Assembly (NCBI GenBank): GCA_001244265.2
Contig: CDLV01000014.1
Location: forward strand, 558,001 to 622,000
Reading direction: 5' to 3'
DNA length: 64,000 nt
Source of the DNA: Microbotryum violaceum
Lineage: Eukaryota
Shown here piece after piece: positions 1 through 12,482 of the stretch. Both the position numbers and the translations under genes were made by a program. The notes under the pieces are model-generated. The model saw only the letters and a program-made list of their open reading frames with translations. It had not been told where the DNA came from and did no database searches. How positions within the stretch are numbered: position 1 is the first letter of the stretch; every line of letters begins with the position of its first letter.

Positions 1-1459
1 CGTGCGTTCGAACGCGACATAAGTGAACTTGGACACAGGGATGGAGATACCGTGAACGAGAGTTGACGAAAAGGCGATGAAGAGCACGACAGGGATGATC
101 AGCGCGCGCAGCACGGCTCGTTCTTCCGGGACTTCGTTGAAAGCGAGGATGGCGTAATAGATGGCCGAGACGCCGATAGGGCCGAAGAAACCGGTAAAGA
201 GCGCTTGTTTGTGAGACGGGATGGCGGGAATGAACTTTTGCAGCGCCACGACCCAGGGTAGTCGGCGGAAAGCCAAGAGGCACAGGGCGAGCAAGACCAT
301 GCGCCATGGGGTTAGGTACGGGGGCGTGTAGGCCGACCAGTCAATGATGGTCCCAATGTAGATGAAGATGGAGGCGTTCAAGAGCGAATCGATCACGTCT
401 TGAAAGGTCTCGTCCTCGGTTTCGATGCGGAAAAAGTCTTGCCATGTAAGCGAATTGCCGGCTATGAAGCAGGCAAAGACGTCATCGCTGCCAAGCACGC
501 CGACGACGCCAAGCGTCAGGAAGGACAGTCCGATGCCATACTGCAAGGACAGCGGCGTAGCGGTATGAGTATGATGCTTGCGTTTCCCCCTAGGCTGTAG
601 AGGCCGCACAACTCACGGCCAAGAATGATTCATGATCGATGAGACGACGAGTATGGGCGACCTTCAAGGACTTGCGCGCAATGTAGCCCAGCACGGCCCC
701 GATCGCGCACGACAGCATGATCTGGTACAGGAGCGTTGTTACGAACCAATGAGAAACGACGGTTCCGAGCGATTCTTCGCTGCGATGCATCAGGCCGATG
801 GCGATGAAGAGGAACGGGTAGCCGAGTCCGTCGTTGGCGCCGGATTCGGCTGAGATCATGTTGCGGACGGATCGGGGTACAAATTTTTCGGCATACCGTC
901 CTTGCACGACTGCGGACCGTGAGAAGGGCGCAGCGTTAGCATCAAGCAACTCTTGTGGAGGCCAGCACTCACTTGCGTTGGCCAAGATGGGGTCGGTCGG
1001 AGTGATGCACGCCGAGATGACGAGGGCCTCGAGATAGGTGATGGCGGGGATGAAGAGCTTCAAGAAGCCGGCCGAGACGAACCAGCCTATGGTCATGATG
1101 GGGAACAAGAGCACAAAGAGGGAGAGAGCCTCTCGCCTCAGATACGCCGCGGGGAGACTGATGCCGGCGAACATGACCTGGATGCCGATGAGCACGCGCG
1201 TGAGTTGAAAGGTGAGCGCGCGGCCGGCAGCGGCGTTGCGACCAACCCACTCGAGCGGGTTGATGATGTCGGCGCCATAGGGCCCAAAGGCGATGCCGAG
1301 GCAGAGGGATATGAGTGCACTCGAGAGGAAGAGCTTCTCCTTGATCCAGTACGAGAGCTGATTGATGGTAGTGAAGTAGGCGCCGAGCACGAGCAGCGCG
1401 AGCGAGATATGCGAAACGTCGAGCTTGTAGTAGGGTATCTCGGCGTGCGACTCGGCCAT
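1..1459 (-). CDS. NHA1: Plasma-membrane Na+(K+)/H+ antiporter, Nha1/Sod2 family; spliced, 3' end lies beyond window start
   Basis: ORF 590-1459 has hydrophobic TM segments and the motifs ACITPTDPILAN and SAESGANDGLGYPF; GT-AG introns at ~910-972 and ~541-616; downstream exon reads GVLGSDDVFACF..GNSLTWQD..FFGPIGVSA. Confidence 0.9.
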
Positions 1460-2250
1460 GATGGAGGTTTGAGCTTTTGATGTTGAGCGTCGAGCGTGAG
1501 CGTCGGCTCAGAGCTCGATACTCGAGATGCTGTCGAAAAGAGTGATGGGTCAAGGGTCGTGGGGGGGGGGTGTGGTGCTAGTGCGCTCCGCAGTCGGCTC
1601 CGAAGATCGAAGCGGGGGGCGCGGGGGACAGGGTCGAGCGAGCGAGAACGGCGAGCATAGAAACTGATGCGAGAACGCACTGAGGTTACAGGTAAGGCAG
1701 TCTACAGCAGCCGTACGTGGTTTTTATCGTGTTTCCCCTGGGCTTTCCGAAGGCGACGAGTGCGATGACGGGGGCTGATGGAGAACAAGGACAAGAGCCA
1801 GTACATGTACGTAGGGGCCACTGAGTGAGTGTTCTTGAGCGCTTGCAGTGAGCGCCAAGCCGGGGCGCGCCGAGCGAGACGAGGCTGAGAATGCGCCGAA
1901 AAGTGCTCGAGTCTCATCGCTTCTACACCAATAATTCTCATTTGCAGTAGTTAACCGACTGCTCTCTCGCTGAACGTTTCGATTGTTTTGCTTCCCTGCC
2001 CGCGTCCCCGGTTTTGGCTCCCTCGCTCAGCTTTCGCTGCCCTGCCGCCAGTTAACGCCAGTTTCTTCGCCACGTCCGAGTAGGTACTAGGGACAATCGC
2101 CCCCAAGTCTAAACACCTTACTAACTACCATTTGATACTAACTAACTCTAAGGGTTGGTCAATCGACAAACTGATCGCCCAACTGATAGTTCCATCATTT
2201 AGCATATTGACTCCGAGCCTCCAAGCTCCAAGGCTTGTTGCCAAGGGCAG

Positions 2251-2313
2251 GCGCTGGCACGCTCTGGCACGCTCTGGCACGCTCTGGCACGCTCTGGCAC
2301 GCTCTGGCACGCT
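2251..2313. repeat. 10-bp tandem repeat (GCTCTGGCAC)x~6
   Basis: Five perfect GCTCTGGCAC units at 2261-2310 plus degenerate flanking units, in the divergent NHA1/CWC18 intergenic region. Confidence 0.95.
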
Positions 2314-2406
2314 GACAGGCGCGGGACCGTCTCGTCCTCAAGCGCGCGAGGCGAGGCTTCCTCTGCCTCCTGCTACGGCGTCCGTTATCAATCCTCACGC
2401 CCTACG

Positions 2407-3253
2407 ATGTCGAGCACACCACTGCAGGACGCAGCCGAGGCACGCAAGGCCAAGCTCGCAGCACTCAAGAAGCGCAAGACGCTCCACGACTCGGGCGCAC
2501 CGATTTCGTCCAACCTTGACCTTGACGGCGAGCACGATGCTGCCCCATCGTCAGTAGTGGCTCACGACCTCTGACAGCGCTCATCAAATCCGACTGACAC
2601 GATCGGAACTTACCCCGTTGGCCAGTGACGTATTCCAATTCCGCAACTATGATCCAACCACGGGCACTGCGAGGAAGCATGCACGCACCGACGAGCTCGA
2701 CACGGTCGAGAAGCAGGTCGAAGGACTGGCCGACCAAGTCATCGCACGCGACGAGGCGACCAGGGTACAGGAACTGGTACGTTGTTCTGACCTATCTGGC
2801 TTGAACCTCGGGAGACCGCTGCCGTGGTCTTGCGAAGACTGCAATCGGACGGGACGGACCACCTAGCCCCCGCTCACTGATATGATAATTCATCGTCCAC
2901 CATCCCGGGCTTCCACGCACAAGCGACCACAACTGACCATGCCCACCCGATCGGTCCCTCCTTATGCAGGACCTCACAAATATTCAACCCAAGAAACCGA
3001 ATTGGGATCTCAAGCGTGATCTCGACCGCAAAGTGAGTCGCGAGCCGCCATCACCACCCGGTCCCTGTCCGAACGCTGCTGACCACCTCGCTGTCAACAG
3101 CTTGGGCGGTTACGCCACAAGACCGACCAGGCCATCTCGCAGCTGATACGGAAGCGCCTTCAGGCCGAGAAAGGCACCGAGGCCGCAGCCCAAGTCGGCC
3201 TCGTTTCAGGCTTTGATGATCGGGACGAGGATCCCGAGTCGGACGACGAGTAG
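2407..3253 (+). CDS. CWF18: Spliceosomal NTC-associated protein Cwf18/CCDC12 (4 exons)
   Basis: Spliced translation MSSTPLQDAAEARKAKLAALKKRK..FQFRNYDP..DLTNIQPKKPNWDLKRDLDRK..LRHKTDQAISQLIRKRL; FRNYxP and PKKPNWDLKRD are hallmark motifs. Confidence 0.88.
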
Positions 3254-3553
3254 AGTGCAACACGCCGCGTTGTATCAAAAGATGTATCAACACCCAGTTG
3301 TAATACTACCACCACAACTTGCAAGCATTGACATCTCGCACCGGCGAGAGCAAGGAATCCGACGGCAAGTCAATTGTAATAAATTATTGACGGCAACTGC
3401 CGCAGTTGCTCCGGCGGAATTAGCTAGCTGGCTACCCTGTGTACAGTGGAGCTTCCGCATCGAAACTGTGTCACATAAAAATAAAAATAATAGAAGCAAA
3501 CGGAAAAGCCCCAGGCCTATTGATGCTTCGAGTTTGGGGTGATCGGAGGCACG

Positions 3554-5063
3554 TCAATTGGCGCACTGCGTCGCGAAGCCCCTTTCGCAGACATAACTCT
3601 TGAGCGCTGGCTCCGCTCGGAGCCCCCCAAAACTCGATCGAGCTATCGCCATCATGTCTGACATACCCCCGGAGAGCAAGCTACCGAGGCCAGTCAAGCT
3701 GCCCGCTGGGTTTTCCCTGATGTGGGAACAATAGCTCCGATCGAAAACCGGCGCGGTCGGATTCTCGAGCGCGGCCTTGGCCAGTCCGAAAGCCGCCGAG
3801 TCGGTCCTGTGATGACATGAGATGCTGGGATCAGTGCTCAACATTTCCACAGGTAAGACCGCCTCCCAGCTTTATAGGAACGTCTTTGGATACTCACAAC
3901 ATAGTGATATGACCTGCGTAATGCCCGGACCCACATACCTTCGCGTCCTGTAGTGCAAAATTAGAAGCACCGGGCAGGAAACTCGTCGCCTGGGCGTTGG
4001 TTGGTCCTTCGGGTTGGATCACGTCGTCGTACCGGGTGAAAATGCTCGTTGTGGGTACGAGCGCAGACCTGGCACTGCCCGTAGCCGCCGAATTCTGCGC
4101 AGCTAAGTACCTCGAACCTATGGTCTGTTGCTTGACGGAGGCGGCGCAGAACGACACTGAAGCACCACACAGCAATTTGCTTTCAGCCGTGCCGTGAAAG
4201 TCACCCGCAAGTGCGATAAACCTCGACACCAGTGCTTGAGTAGACGGCCAGAACTGGAGTGCCCAGGGAATATTCAGACCCGCCCCTTGGCTGTGACCGA
4301 TGACGGCGACCCTCTTCGTCGACGACCGGGGAGCGAGGAACTGCCGAAGGGAATGTGCACGGGGCCGAATGTCAATTTGAACGATTTGATCGTGCTAAAA
4401 TCAAGTGGGCGAACATGTATGTACATGTGGTGGCCGCAAATCGGAGACGAATATGGCGAGAGTGAAAATCGTAGGGCAGCCTCACCTTTATAGCGGCGAC
4501 AACGTATTCGGCAGTGAGTTGGGCATCCCCAAGAGACCGATTTGGGAGATCGATATAGCATGGCTTGTATCGCTTCCCCGTAATTGGAAGAATACGGACG
4601 CTGGGAGAGGAACGGATGTCGCCGTTAGTCTAGGCCGGCTGCCGTCTGATTACACGTTTGCAATAAGTTACTAAGGTCCGGAGGCCCACGACTCGGAGCC
4701 TTTAGAGCCTGTGCCATGTACTAGTAAGGGGGAATATCTAGTTAGACAGGCTCGTCACCTCACGCGTGCACTGTCACTTGGGGCCAAGACTCACCCAAAA
4801 GCACGGTCCCACCCGGCGCATTGCTCAGACCGGGGACACAAGTGATCAAGCCAGCCACGACATCCAATGCTACCGACAGAGTGGGTTCGTTCGTTCCCCG
4901 GTTTGTGATTGGCTAGGGTACTCCCAGACAGGGTCAGGACAGGTGCAGGGTAGCAGACCTCCCTCTAAAGATCAGCCGTCAGTCGCAAGACGTAGGTAGC
5001 GGGCGCACGTACCATGGCGAGGGCTGTTACCACAGCCGCGCATGCAACGCTCAAAAGAAACAT
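3554..5063 (-). CDS. Secreted lipase, CalB (lipase B)-like alpha/beta hydrolase; multi-exon
   Basis: Signal-like exon 1 MFLLSVACAAVVTALAM followed by gtacgt donor; exon reading VAVIGHSQGAGLNIPWALQFWPS..VSRFIALAGDFHGT..QQTIGS..VPTTSIFTRYDDVIQP parallels CalB (WSQGG..WGLTFFPS..MAFAPDYKGT..QQT..VPTT..DEIVQP). Confidence 0.8.
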
Positions 5064-6413
5064 CTTCGCGGATTGGGGTAGAGTTGAGTGGGGCTTATGA
5101 AGTGATGCGAAGGCGCGGAGGAAGACGAAGCAATAGTGCATCGCTCGTGAACCCAGGTGGGGTTTCCCGGTTTCAACGATCGTCTCCGGTTTATGACGCA
5201 GCAGTTCGCGGCCTCCTATCCGAGATCACACGGCAGTTGAGATAGACCGTTCACCACGACCCGCTGACGAGTACCGAAATTCGCCTTCGAGGTCGCGGCC
5301 CCAACGGGCCTGTAGACCGCTACTTGAGGTAAAATAGTACGCCGTTACAACGATCTCGTCAGCACCGTCAACTTCCCCCCCGCATCCGAGACAATTTGGG
5401 CCTTGCACGCCGGGGTCACATTGCCCCGAACAGACGGGCGAGACAGCGAGGCCGAAGCGCGCAGCCGAATCAGGGGGCGGAATCAGTCCAAAACTCTAAA
5501 TGCCAGTCGTGAATCCTAAAAGCCTATACTCAAGAAAATACCGTAGGCACTAAAACCTTCCTTCAACTTTGAATGTTAATAGTATCATCTCTCGAAAGGG
5601 ATGAGTCGGCTCTAAAATAAATCAAAGAGCGAGAGGCGATAAGAAGAAAGTAAAGGCCACAGACAAATATCTTTGATCTCAAATCTTCCGTTTGTCTACT
5701 GTTTTCAAGCCCGTTCATTTTTTTGCGCGCGAGGACAATAAAAAGTTCGGGTGTATGGATACCCGCTTGCCGGTCGCCAGCGGCGACCTCGCAAACGTAT
5801 GCAGCACAACGCTCCATCTTTCGAGGTCACAACCTACTTATTAGTCGTTGAATTCTTTTATTAGGCTGCAGATTGCAACTAGTACACACCTACGCCGTCG
5901 CACTACCGACAAGCGTTTGCGACCTGGAAAGGAGGCAAATTATAGCGACTAGTGACCATAGTAGCCTTATGACCCGCGTCGTTCATCTACGGAAGGGTCA
6001 GTAGTCTACGTCACTGCCAAGTGGCAAGTAGTAGACTTGCAGTGGCCTTCGACCGTGCGGGACGACCCACCGTGACAGCCATGATGGCGGTTGTGCTGAG
6101 ATGAAAGCAGTTGGGCAAGTCCCAGGCACCTCCTGAATTTTCAACTACACAACGAGGCCCAGTCTCTGTAGAAACCCGCGCGTGTCCCCCAGTTCCATGA
6201 TTACGTAATGCATCTCGCCAAGCCTGAACCTGCCCGAACCCGACTCACCAGCCAGTCGTTGAGCCGCGCCGGGACGGACGGGTCTTCTTCGTACTGCGGG
6301 TCCTTGGAGTTGAACACATAATCTAGAGGGTACACCCAGCAAACGACACCGACGTAACGGTCAGTCCATCCACCGTTCAACGGGACGTGGTCGCCATTTC
6401 GTCCAGTGGCCCC

Positions 6414-6850
6414 GGTTCAAGAAGTCCAGGAAACACTTTGGAGCGTCGCACGGTGCACCGGCGGGACTCAATACCAGAGGGTAACTGATACCTCACGTCA
6501 TCCAAGTTACATCAGCAAGAGCTCATTCATTTCGGTGGTGAGTGTACCATCTGCGTACAGCACGAGTGGGTCGGAGGTGTTGGAAGTTGATGTGACGGCG
6601 ATGCAGAAAGTCCGTTCCACGGAGCCGGGTTCAAGTTCAGGAAACAATCCGGCGCGCCGGTCTTCTACAGCACCAGGTTCAAGAAGTCCAGGAAACACTT
6701 TGGAGCGGTGCACCGGCGGGACTCGGTACCCAGAGACTAACTGATACCTCACGTCATCCAAGTTACGTCAGCAAGACCTCGTTCATTTCGGTGGTGGGTG
6801 TACCATCTGCGTGCAGAACAAGTGGGTCGGACATGACGAAAGTTGATGTA
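6414..6850. repeat. Diverged direct duplication of ~180 bp (6414-6592 vs 6675-6850)
   Basis: Both copies read GGTTCAAGAAGTCCAGGAAACACTTTGGAGCG..CTGATACCTCACGTCATCCAAGTTAC..TTCATTTCGGTGGTG..GTACCATCTGCG..GTGGGTCGGA..AAGTTGATGT. Confidence 0.9.
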
Positions 6851-7680
6851 ATTGACAAGAGTGCAAAGGCGGAGAGTTGAATCGCGAGGGTGATGCGGTT
6901 TCCGCGCGAAAAGGAGTCCCGAGCGTTCAGACTTAATTTGAGCTACCGATCGCGGATCGCTCGGTCTTTTCGAGGCACCCCGTCGCGCGCGAAGCGCGAA
7001 GCGCGAAGGCCGGCAGGCTGCAACTAATTCTTGCGACCAACACGAAAAGAACAATTGCAGTCTAACCTCGAACTATCAGCACCTGAGCCTTCCCCTCCAA
7101 ACTCTGCTAGGAAAAAAAGATATTTCTCGGCGAGAGAGCTTCCAGATCGAAAGGAAGAAGAGGAGACGTAGCTCGACAAGTCGGCGTTCCGAGCGAGAGA
7201 CGATCAAAAAACGATAAACGATCGCAAATGTCTTACAGGAACAGCCCAATAAGTAGCCTCTGAGTAGTTCTAGTTACGACTTACTTTTAGCCTATCGTTC
7301 AAGAACGACAGGTTGTATTTTATGCACATCAGAGGCGCATACCTTACAGCAAATGCAGACACTAACGCGCTCCAAACGCAAACAGCGCGACTGTTCCCCG
7401 CGCCGCGCAGCTGGGCCGGCTATGCCCTGCGGCCCTGCGCCTCCCGCTACCCTGGTCTGTGCTTCAAAGTTCGACCGGAGGGAGGAAATGTCCAAAAATG
7501 AGGTGAGCCTCGACCCCTTTTGAGCCAAAAATGTCCAAATTTGCGGGCCGCCTCTGGCTGGGCTTTCGGGGGTCCTGCCCAGAGAGGCCCAGCGGTGCCC
7601 AGAGCCCTGTGCACATGCCCCGCGCGGCCGCTCGCCCACCTCACTTGCTCCTCCTGGTCGTCGCCGTCACAACCGCGCTC

Positions 7681-8869
7681 ATGTCACAGTCGACCCTCAA
7701 AGGTAAACGCAACAATGGGTCACCTATCGTCGGCACCATTCGAGTTACGCCAAGACGGAAGAGTCTGTTCTCGATGAAGGGCGCCGTCGCGTTCGGAGTG
7801 GTTGCGACACTAATGAGCCTCGCCGTCGTTTGGCTCGAGTCTATCAAAGTGAGAGACTCAGAACTGGTCGCCGGAACAGAGGGGCGAATTGATGCTGCAA
7901 CATTGCTTCGACCGTCGTAACCTGTTCACGCGCTCGTCGTCCCCCACAGCATACCTGGTACATCTTCGACTCGCCGACGCTCCATGCGCTGTGTCGTGAG
8001 GCGATCGCTCTCTACCCGGACGACATGCCGTCCATAGCCCATCATATCGTCACAAACCTCACCCTGACCCACAACTCGTATTCGATCAACTCCGAACCCT
8101 TCTTTGCCTCGCCGCTCGAGCTTGACAACGAAACTCGCGCGGTCAAGGCCTTGTCGTACCGTCCGAATCCCCGCGAATGGGTCTTCAACAATGCTGCAGG
8201 CGCGATGGGAACCATGTACATCATTCATGCGTCCATCACCGAGTACCTCATAATCTTCGGTACCCCTCTGGGCACTGAAGGCCACACGGGAAGGCATACA
8301 GCCGACGATTATTTCCACATTCTTAAGGGAGAGCAATGGGCGAGCGAAGCCGGGTCGTTCGACATCGAGGTGCGTAAATCGTAAATGCCATCTTGCAGGC
8401 GTCGCGAGGTCCCCCACTCATGCATTCATGCAACGTCGACCGATCAGCGCTATCCCGTCGGGACCATGCACCACCTCCGAAGAGGTGATGTGAAGCAGTA
8501 CAAGTTTCACGAAGGTGGATTCGCTCTCGAGCTTGCTCAAGGTGAGCGGAGTGCTCGTCCTATAATCACGAGGCCTGCAGAACCCAGCGCTGCGCAAGCT
8601 CACTCGTTCTCGGTACTTGCTAAATTTGCACAGGCTGGATCCCGCTGATGCTGCCGATGGGGCTAGCTGATACCCTTTCTTCGACCTTGGATCTACCGAC
8701 GTTTTATCACACCGTTCGAATCACAGGTTCGTTGTCTCTACCGCTTTCGCGCCTGCTCGCCGTCGTGCCGAGGCTGTCTGCTCGAAATGCTGAAGAAGCT
8801 CGGCGGCGTCCTCCTCCCTCCCCACTAGCTCGCGAGATGCTCACCAACTTGCTCCACGGCAAAATATAA
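7681..8869 (+). CDS. ERG2: C-8 sterol isomerase (ERG2/sigma-1 receptor family), spliced
   Basis: WVFNNAAGAMGTMYIIHASITEYLIIFGTPLGTEGHTGRHTADDYFHILKGEQW; later exons MHHLRRGDVKQYK, GWIPLMLPMGLADTLSSTLDLPT, REMLTNLLHGKI*. Confidence 0.95.
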
Positions 8870-9262
8870 TTATCGCAATCGGTGAATCAGATGTGGATGC
8901 AGTGGAACGCTGTGTGGACGTGATACGATCGTCCTCGATCTATCTTGTGCATGTTGCCCATAGCCCAGAGTTCTATACCCTGGTCGTTTTCACCGAGTTT
9001 ATTGCAATAATCGGAATTGCCAGGATTGGGGTACTTTTTTGGCACCAAGGGCTCGGCACCAAGATGGAAAGTCAGAGCTACGGCTCGTAGTACAAGCGCG
9101 TCAGCCCAGATCCCGAGTCTTAGCCGGCCAAGCCACGTTCCTCGTCGATCGGTCTCTCGCCCATAAGCCGCTTTCCGAGCCGGTCACGGGGCAATATTCC
9201 AGCTGCAGCTACACAGCCTGCTAATGCTCATTCTCGAGCCATATCCCGTTCGTCGCGCGGTC

Positions 9263-10218
9263 CTAGCTCGGGTCTGGCAATTCCATCTGGTAGGCCCAAG
9301 ATTTGAGTGAGATCTTGTCAGATGGCGTAGTTGGTGTTAAGGGAGAAAATGACGTTCTCCTGAACTGACTTGGGTGCACCCGCCCTCGAATAGCACTTGC
9401 TCGTCTCGCCCGAGTGACCGCGATTCCGACGTCACTGACCTTTTTGGCGAGGCTGCATCTTTATCTCGCGTAGGCTGGCTGCCGAGCCTCCTGACCGGCC
9501 GAGAATCTTTGATAGGGCTATCCGCTGTGTCAGGACCGTCTCGATTACCGAGAGCACCTCCAGAGTTTTTGGGTCGAGAAGATGTCGAGGTACGTCGGGC
9601 TTTCGATGCCGAGAGTGCCGAGTTGCTCGACGCGACCTTGGAGGCAGAGAACGTGTCAAGCAGCGTGACTGCATTGGCGGTCCTTGCCAAAACGACCTTG
9701 GTCGAAGGTGCCGGTGATTCTTCACCACGTGAGTTGCCGGATGCGTTCTCGGAAGGGATGAGATCTGGGCGAGCCGAGTCGATCGTCTGCTTGTCTTGGA
9801 GGGCGAACCTGAGGCGATCCCTCGACTCTTTCTCGTTCAGAGGTATACCTTGATACAGGACGCGTCGCGCAAAGGCTGCGTCAGCTCGGCCTCGATGGCG
9901 GTGTGCAGCCGCCGAGTTCGGGTTGATTGATGGGCCGCCGCGGCTGCGTGTCGACAGCAGCGGGGCGAGAACAGAGCGACTGGCGATGGTGTGAACGAGA
10001 CCCGTCCTTCGATATTCGGCTTCGTGGGCCAGGATACGGTCAGCGAGAAGATTGACGGCGGCGTCGTACTGGGCGTCAGATCGTCGCTGCTCGACCGCCG
10101 GCGCAGCGAGGTACAGCGGGTGATGCAGCGCCAGAGGCAGGTCGCTGATGGGGGCGATGGTTGCCGTGATTGCTACGCTGGCCATTAGTACGGCACACCA
10201 CACTGTGTTGGACAGCAC
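9263..10218 (-). CDS. Hypothetical secreted protein with Ser/Arg-rich low-complexity C-terminal half
   Basis: 293-codon ORF with hydrophobic N-terminus (MLSNTVWCAVLMASVAITATIA/AP); probable intron gtcagt..cag near 9370-9290 giving terminal MELPDPS*; no family recognised. Confidence 0.55.
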
Positions 10219-10575
10219 AGAAAGCAGTGGTGGGATGAGTTGGCAGACCGAGAGATGAGCGCAGCCAAGCCAGACGGGCCGATAGAAGGTTGTGGGGGAG
10301 CGAAGAAGGGCACGCGCCGACCAGCTCCGAGCACACTCTTACCACCGGCCAGCATTGCCAGGCACTGCCGGGCACTGCCCTGCTGCAGCGCACTCGAGCG
10401 CACTAGTAGAGCGCACTCCCTGCGCGGCTCGTCCTTCCTCAGCTTTCGTGCCTTGCCTTGCGACTGACTGCCTTGCCTACTTCAACCGACCGCTCGCCGT
10501 GCGCAACAGCCATTCCGATACCGACCAGGTGCGGCGCCGTGAACACTTTGGCCCTCAGCGCCTTCCAAGCCCAGC

Positions 10576-12065
10576 ATGTCGAGCAAATCTAGGAAAAAGG
10601 TGCGGGTGCCAAAGTGCTCCTCCCCCCCCGGCCCACGTCATCGCTCGAGGTGCTCGTCAGGTCGCGCAGCTGCTAGCTGCTCTCTCCGATATGCACTGAC
10701 CATCCGTGCCCCGCTGTGCGCGATATTCGATCGCATCCCATCCCAGGTGCTCCTGATGGGCAAGTCGGGATCGGGCAAGACTTCGATGCGTGCCATCATC
10801 TTCAAGTCGCAGCTCGCGGCCGACACCCGTCGGCTTGGCGCAACGATCGATGTCGAGTCGAGTCAGATCAAGTTTCTCGGAGGGCTTCGCCTCGATCTGT
10901 GGGATTGTGGCGGACAAGACTGTGGGTGCATATCATCCTGATCAATTGCGCCTTTTGCGGCCGTCTCGAGATGCTGGATCCTTCGGGCGATGCCCTGCCC
11001 AGTCGCTCGCACAAACGCTGAGACCCCACTTTGGTCCCGGGATCCACTTCTCCCCAGCGTTCATGGACTCGCATCTGACCTCACAATCGTCGGCGATTTT
11101 TCGCTCGGTCCACTCTTTAATCTACATCTTTGACGCCGAATCCGCCGATCTTAACGGGTCAGACGCCCACTACTTTATCAAATGCCTCAACGCCCTGCGC
11201 GACCAGAATCCCATCTCGAGCTCCACCAGCCCTGACGGCGAGCGTCGACGCGCCGAGGGCCCGACCGTGTTTGTCCTGCTGCACAAGATGGACCTCGTCG
11301 AAAAGGCGGCACAAGCTACCAAATTTTCCGATTTTGAGAACGACATCAGCAAACGGGCCGAGGACAGTGGGTGGACCGGCGATTTACGCTTTTTCGGCAC
11401 CAGCATCTGGAACGAGACACTTTACAAGGTAAGCTAGGCGCGAAGAACAGGGGGCTCTAGGTGGTGGAGAGTAGCCCAGAACGTTACAAGATGCAAAGGA
11501 ATCACTTAGCTGACCGCCTCTCGTGACAGGCCTGGTCTGTCGTCATTGGCCACCTCATGCCTTCGCTGTCCTCACTCAAATCACATCTGTCGCACTTTCT
11601 TGAGCTGGTCTCAGCACGCGAGGTTGTGCTCTTCGAAAGGACCACATTCCTTGTCATATCTCACGTCACGTTGGATCACTCTGTCGGGGATAGCCCCGGT
11701 GATGACGACGAATCAACAATGTGGGATCGTCGCAGATTCGAGCGTATCTCGACCATGGTCAAGTCGTTCAAAATGGCCTGCAGTAGACGGAGGTCATCTT
11801 TCTCAAGCCTTTCCATATCGACTCCACATTACACTGCGGTGCTTGATGCGCTCACACCAGAAACATACATCCTGGTTGTGGCCAGGGCAGCGATCCGTGA
11901 GTCACCCGGCATGTGTCCTTTCCGGCGCGCAAACATTCACCTAAGACTCACGCCCGCGCCTGTAACGATTACCAATGCGATGCAGAGCCTGCTGCCCTGG
12001 AACTCAACATCAAGTTGTCCAAGCCTCACTTTGCCAAGCTTGAGACAATTGGGTCTGCGCGGTAG
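10576..12065 (+). CDS. GTR1: Rag GTPase Gtr1/RagA (TORC1 activation), spliced
   Basis: [96 protein letters not shown]. Confidence 0.95.
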
Positions 12066-12482
12066 ATTGCGGCCGCCTCGGCTGAGCCTCACTTCTTTCC
12101 TCCGTGTGTCTCACTGTCATTTCGCCGCTCGAATTTGTTCGGTCGAGCGTGCTTTTCAAGGCAGATTGAAAGAGTTTGTATTTGTGTCGCCCAATGTTGT
12201 ATATCATCCATTATACCCCTTCGATCTTGAAGTTTCTAATTGCTGTGCGTCTGTTCTACCAGTAATCTGATCGTAGTTATGAGAAACCTGAATCTTCCCG
12301 AAGTCTAGGTCGCCGTATGTCGGTAAGAAGCGCTTATGTACCGCGCGCTGATTCGCGCGATCGCGACGACCGCAGTTTCGAGTGAGCCATCTCCCCTGCA
12401 AGCCAACTTGCGTCAAACTCAAGAAGCCGATCGACGCCGCAGTCTTTAGCCCGTGATCCCGCTGCTGGGAAGCTTACAAACC

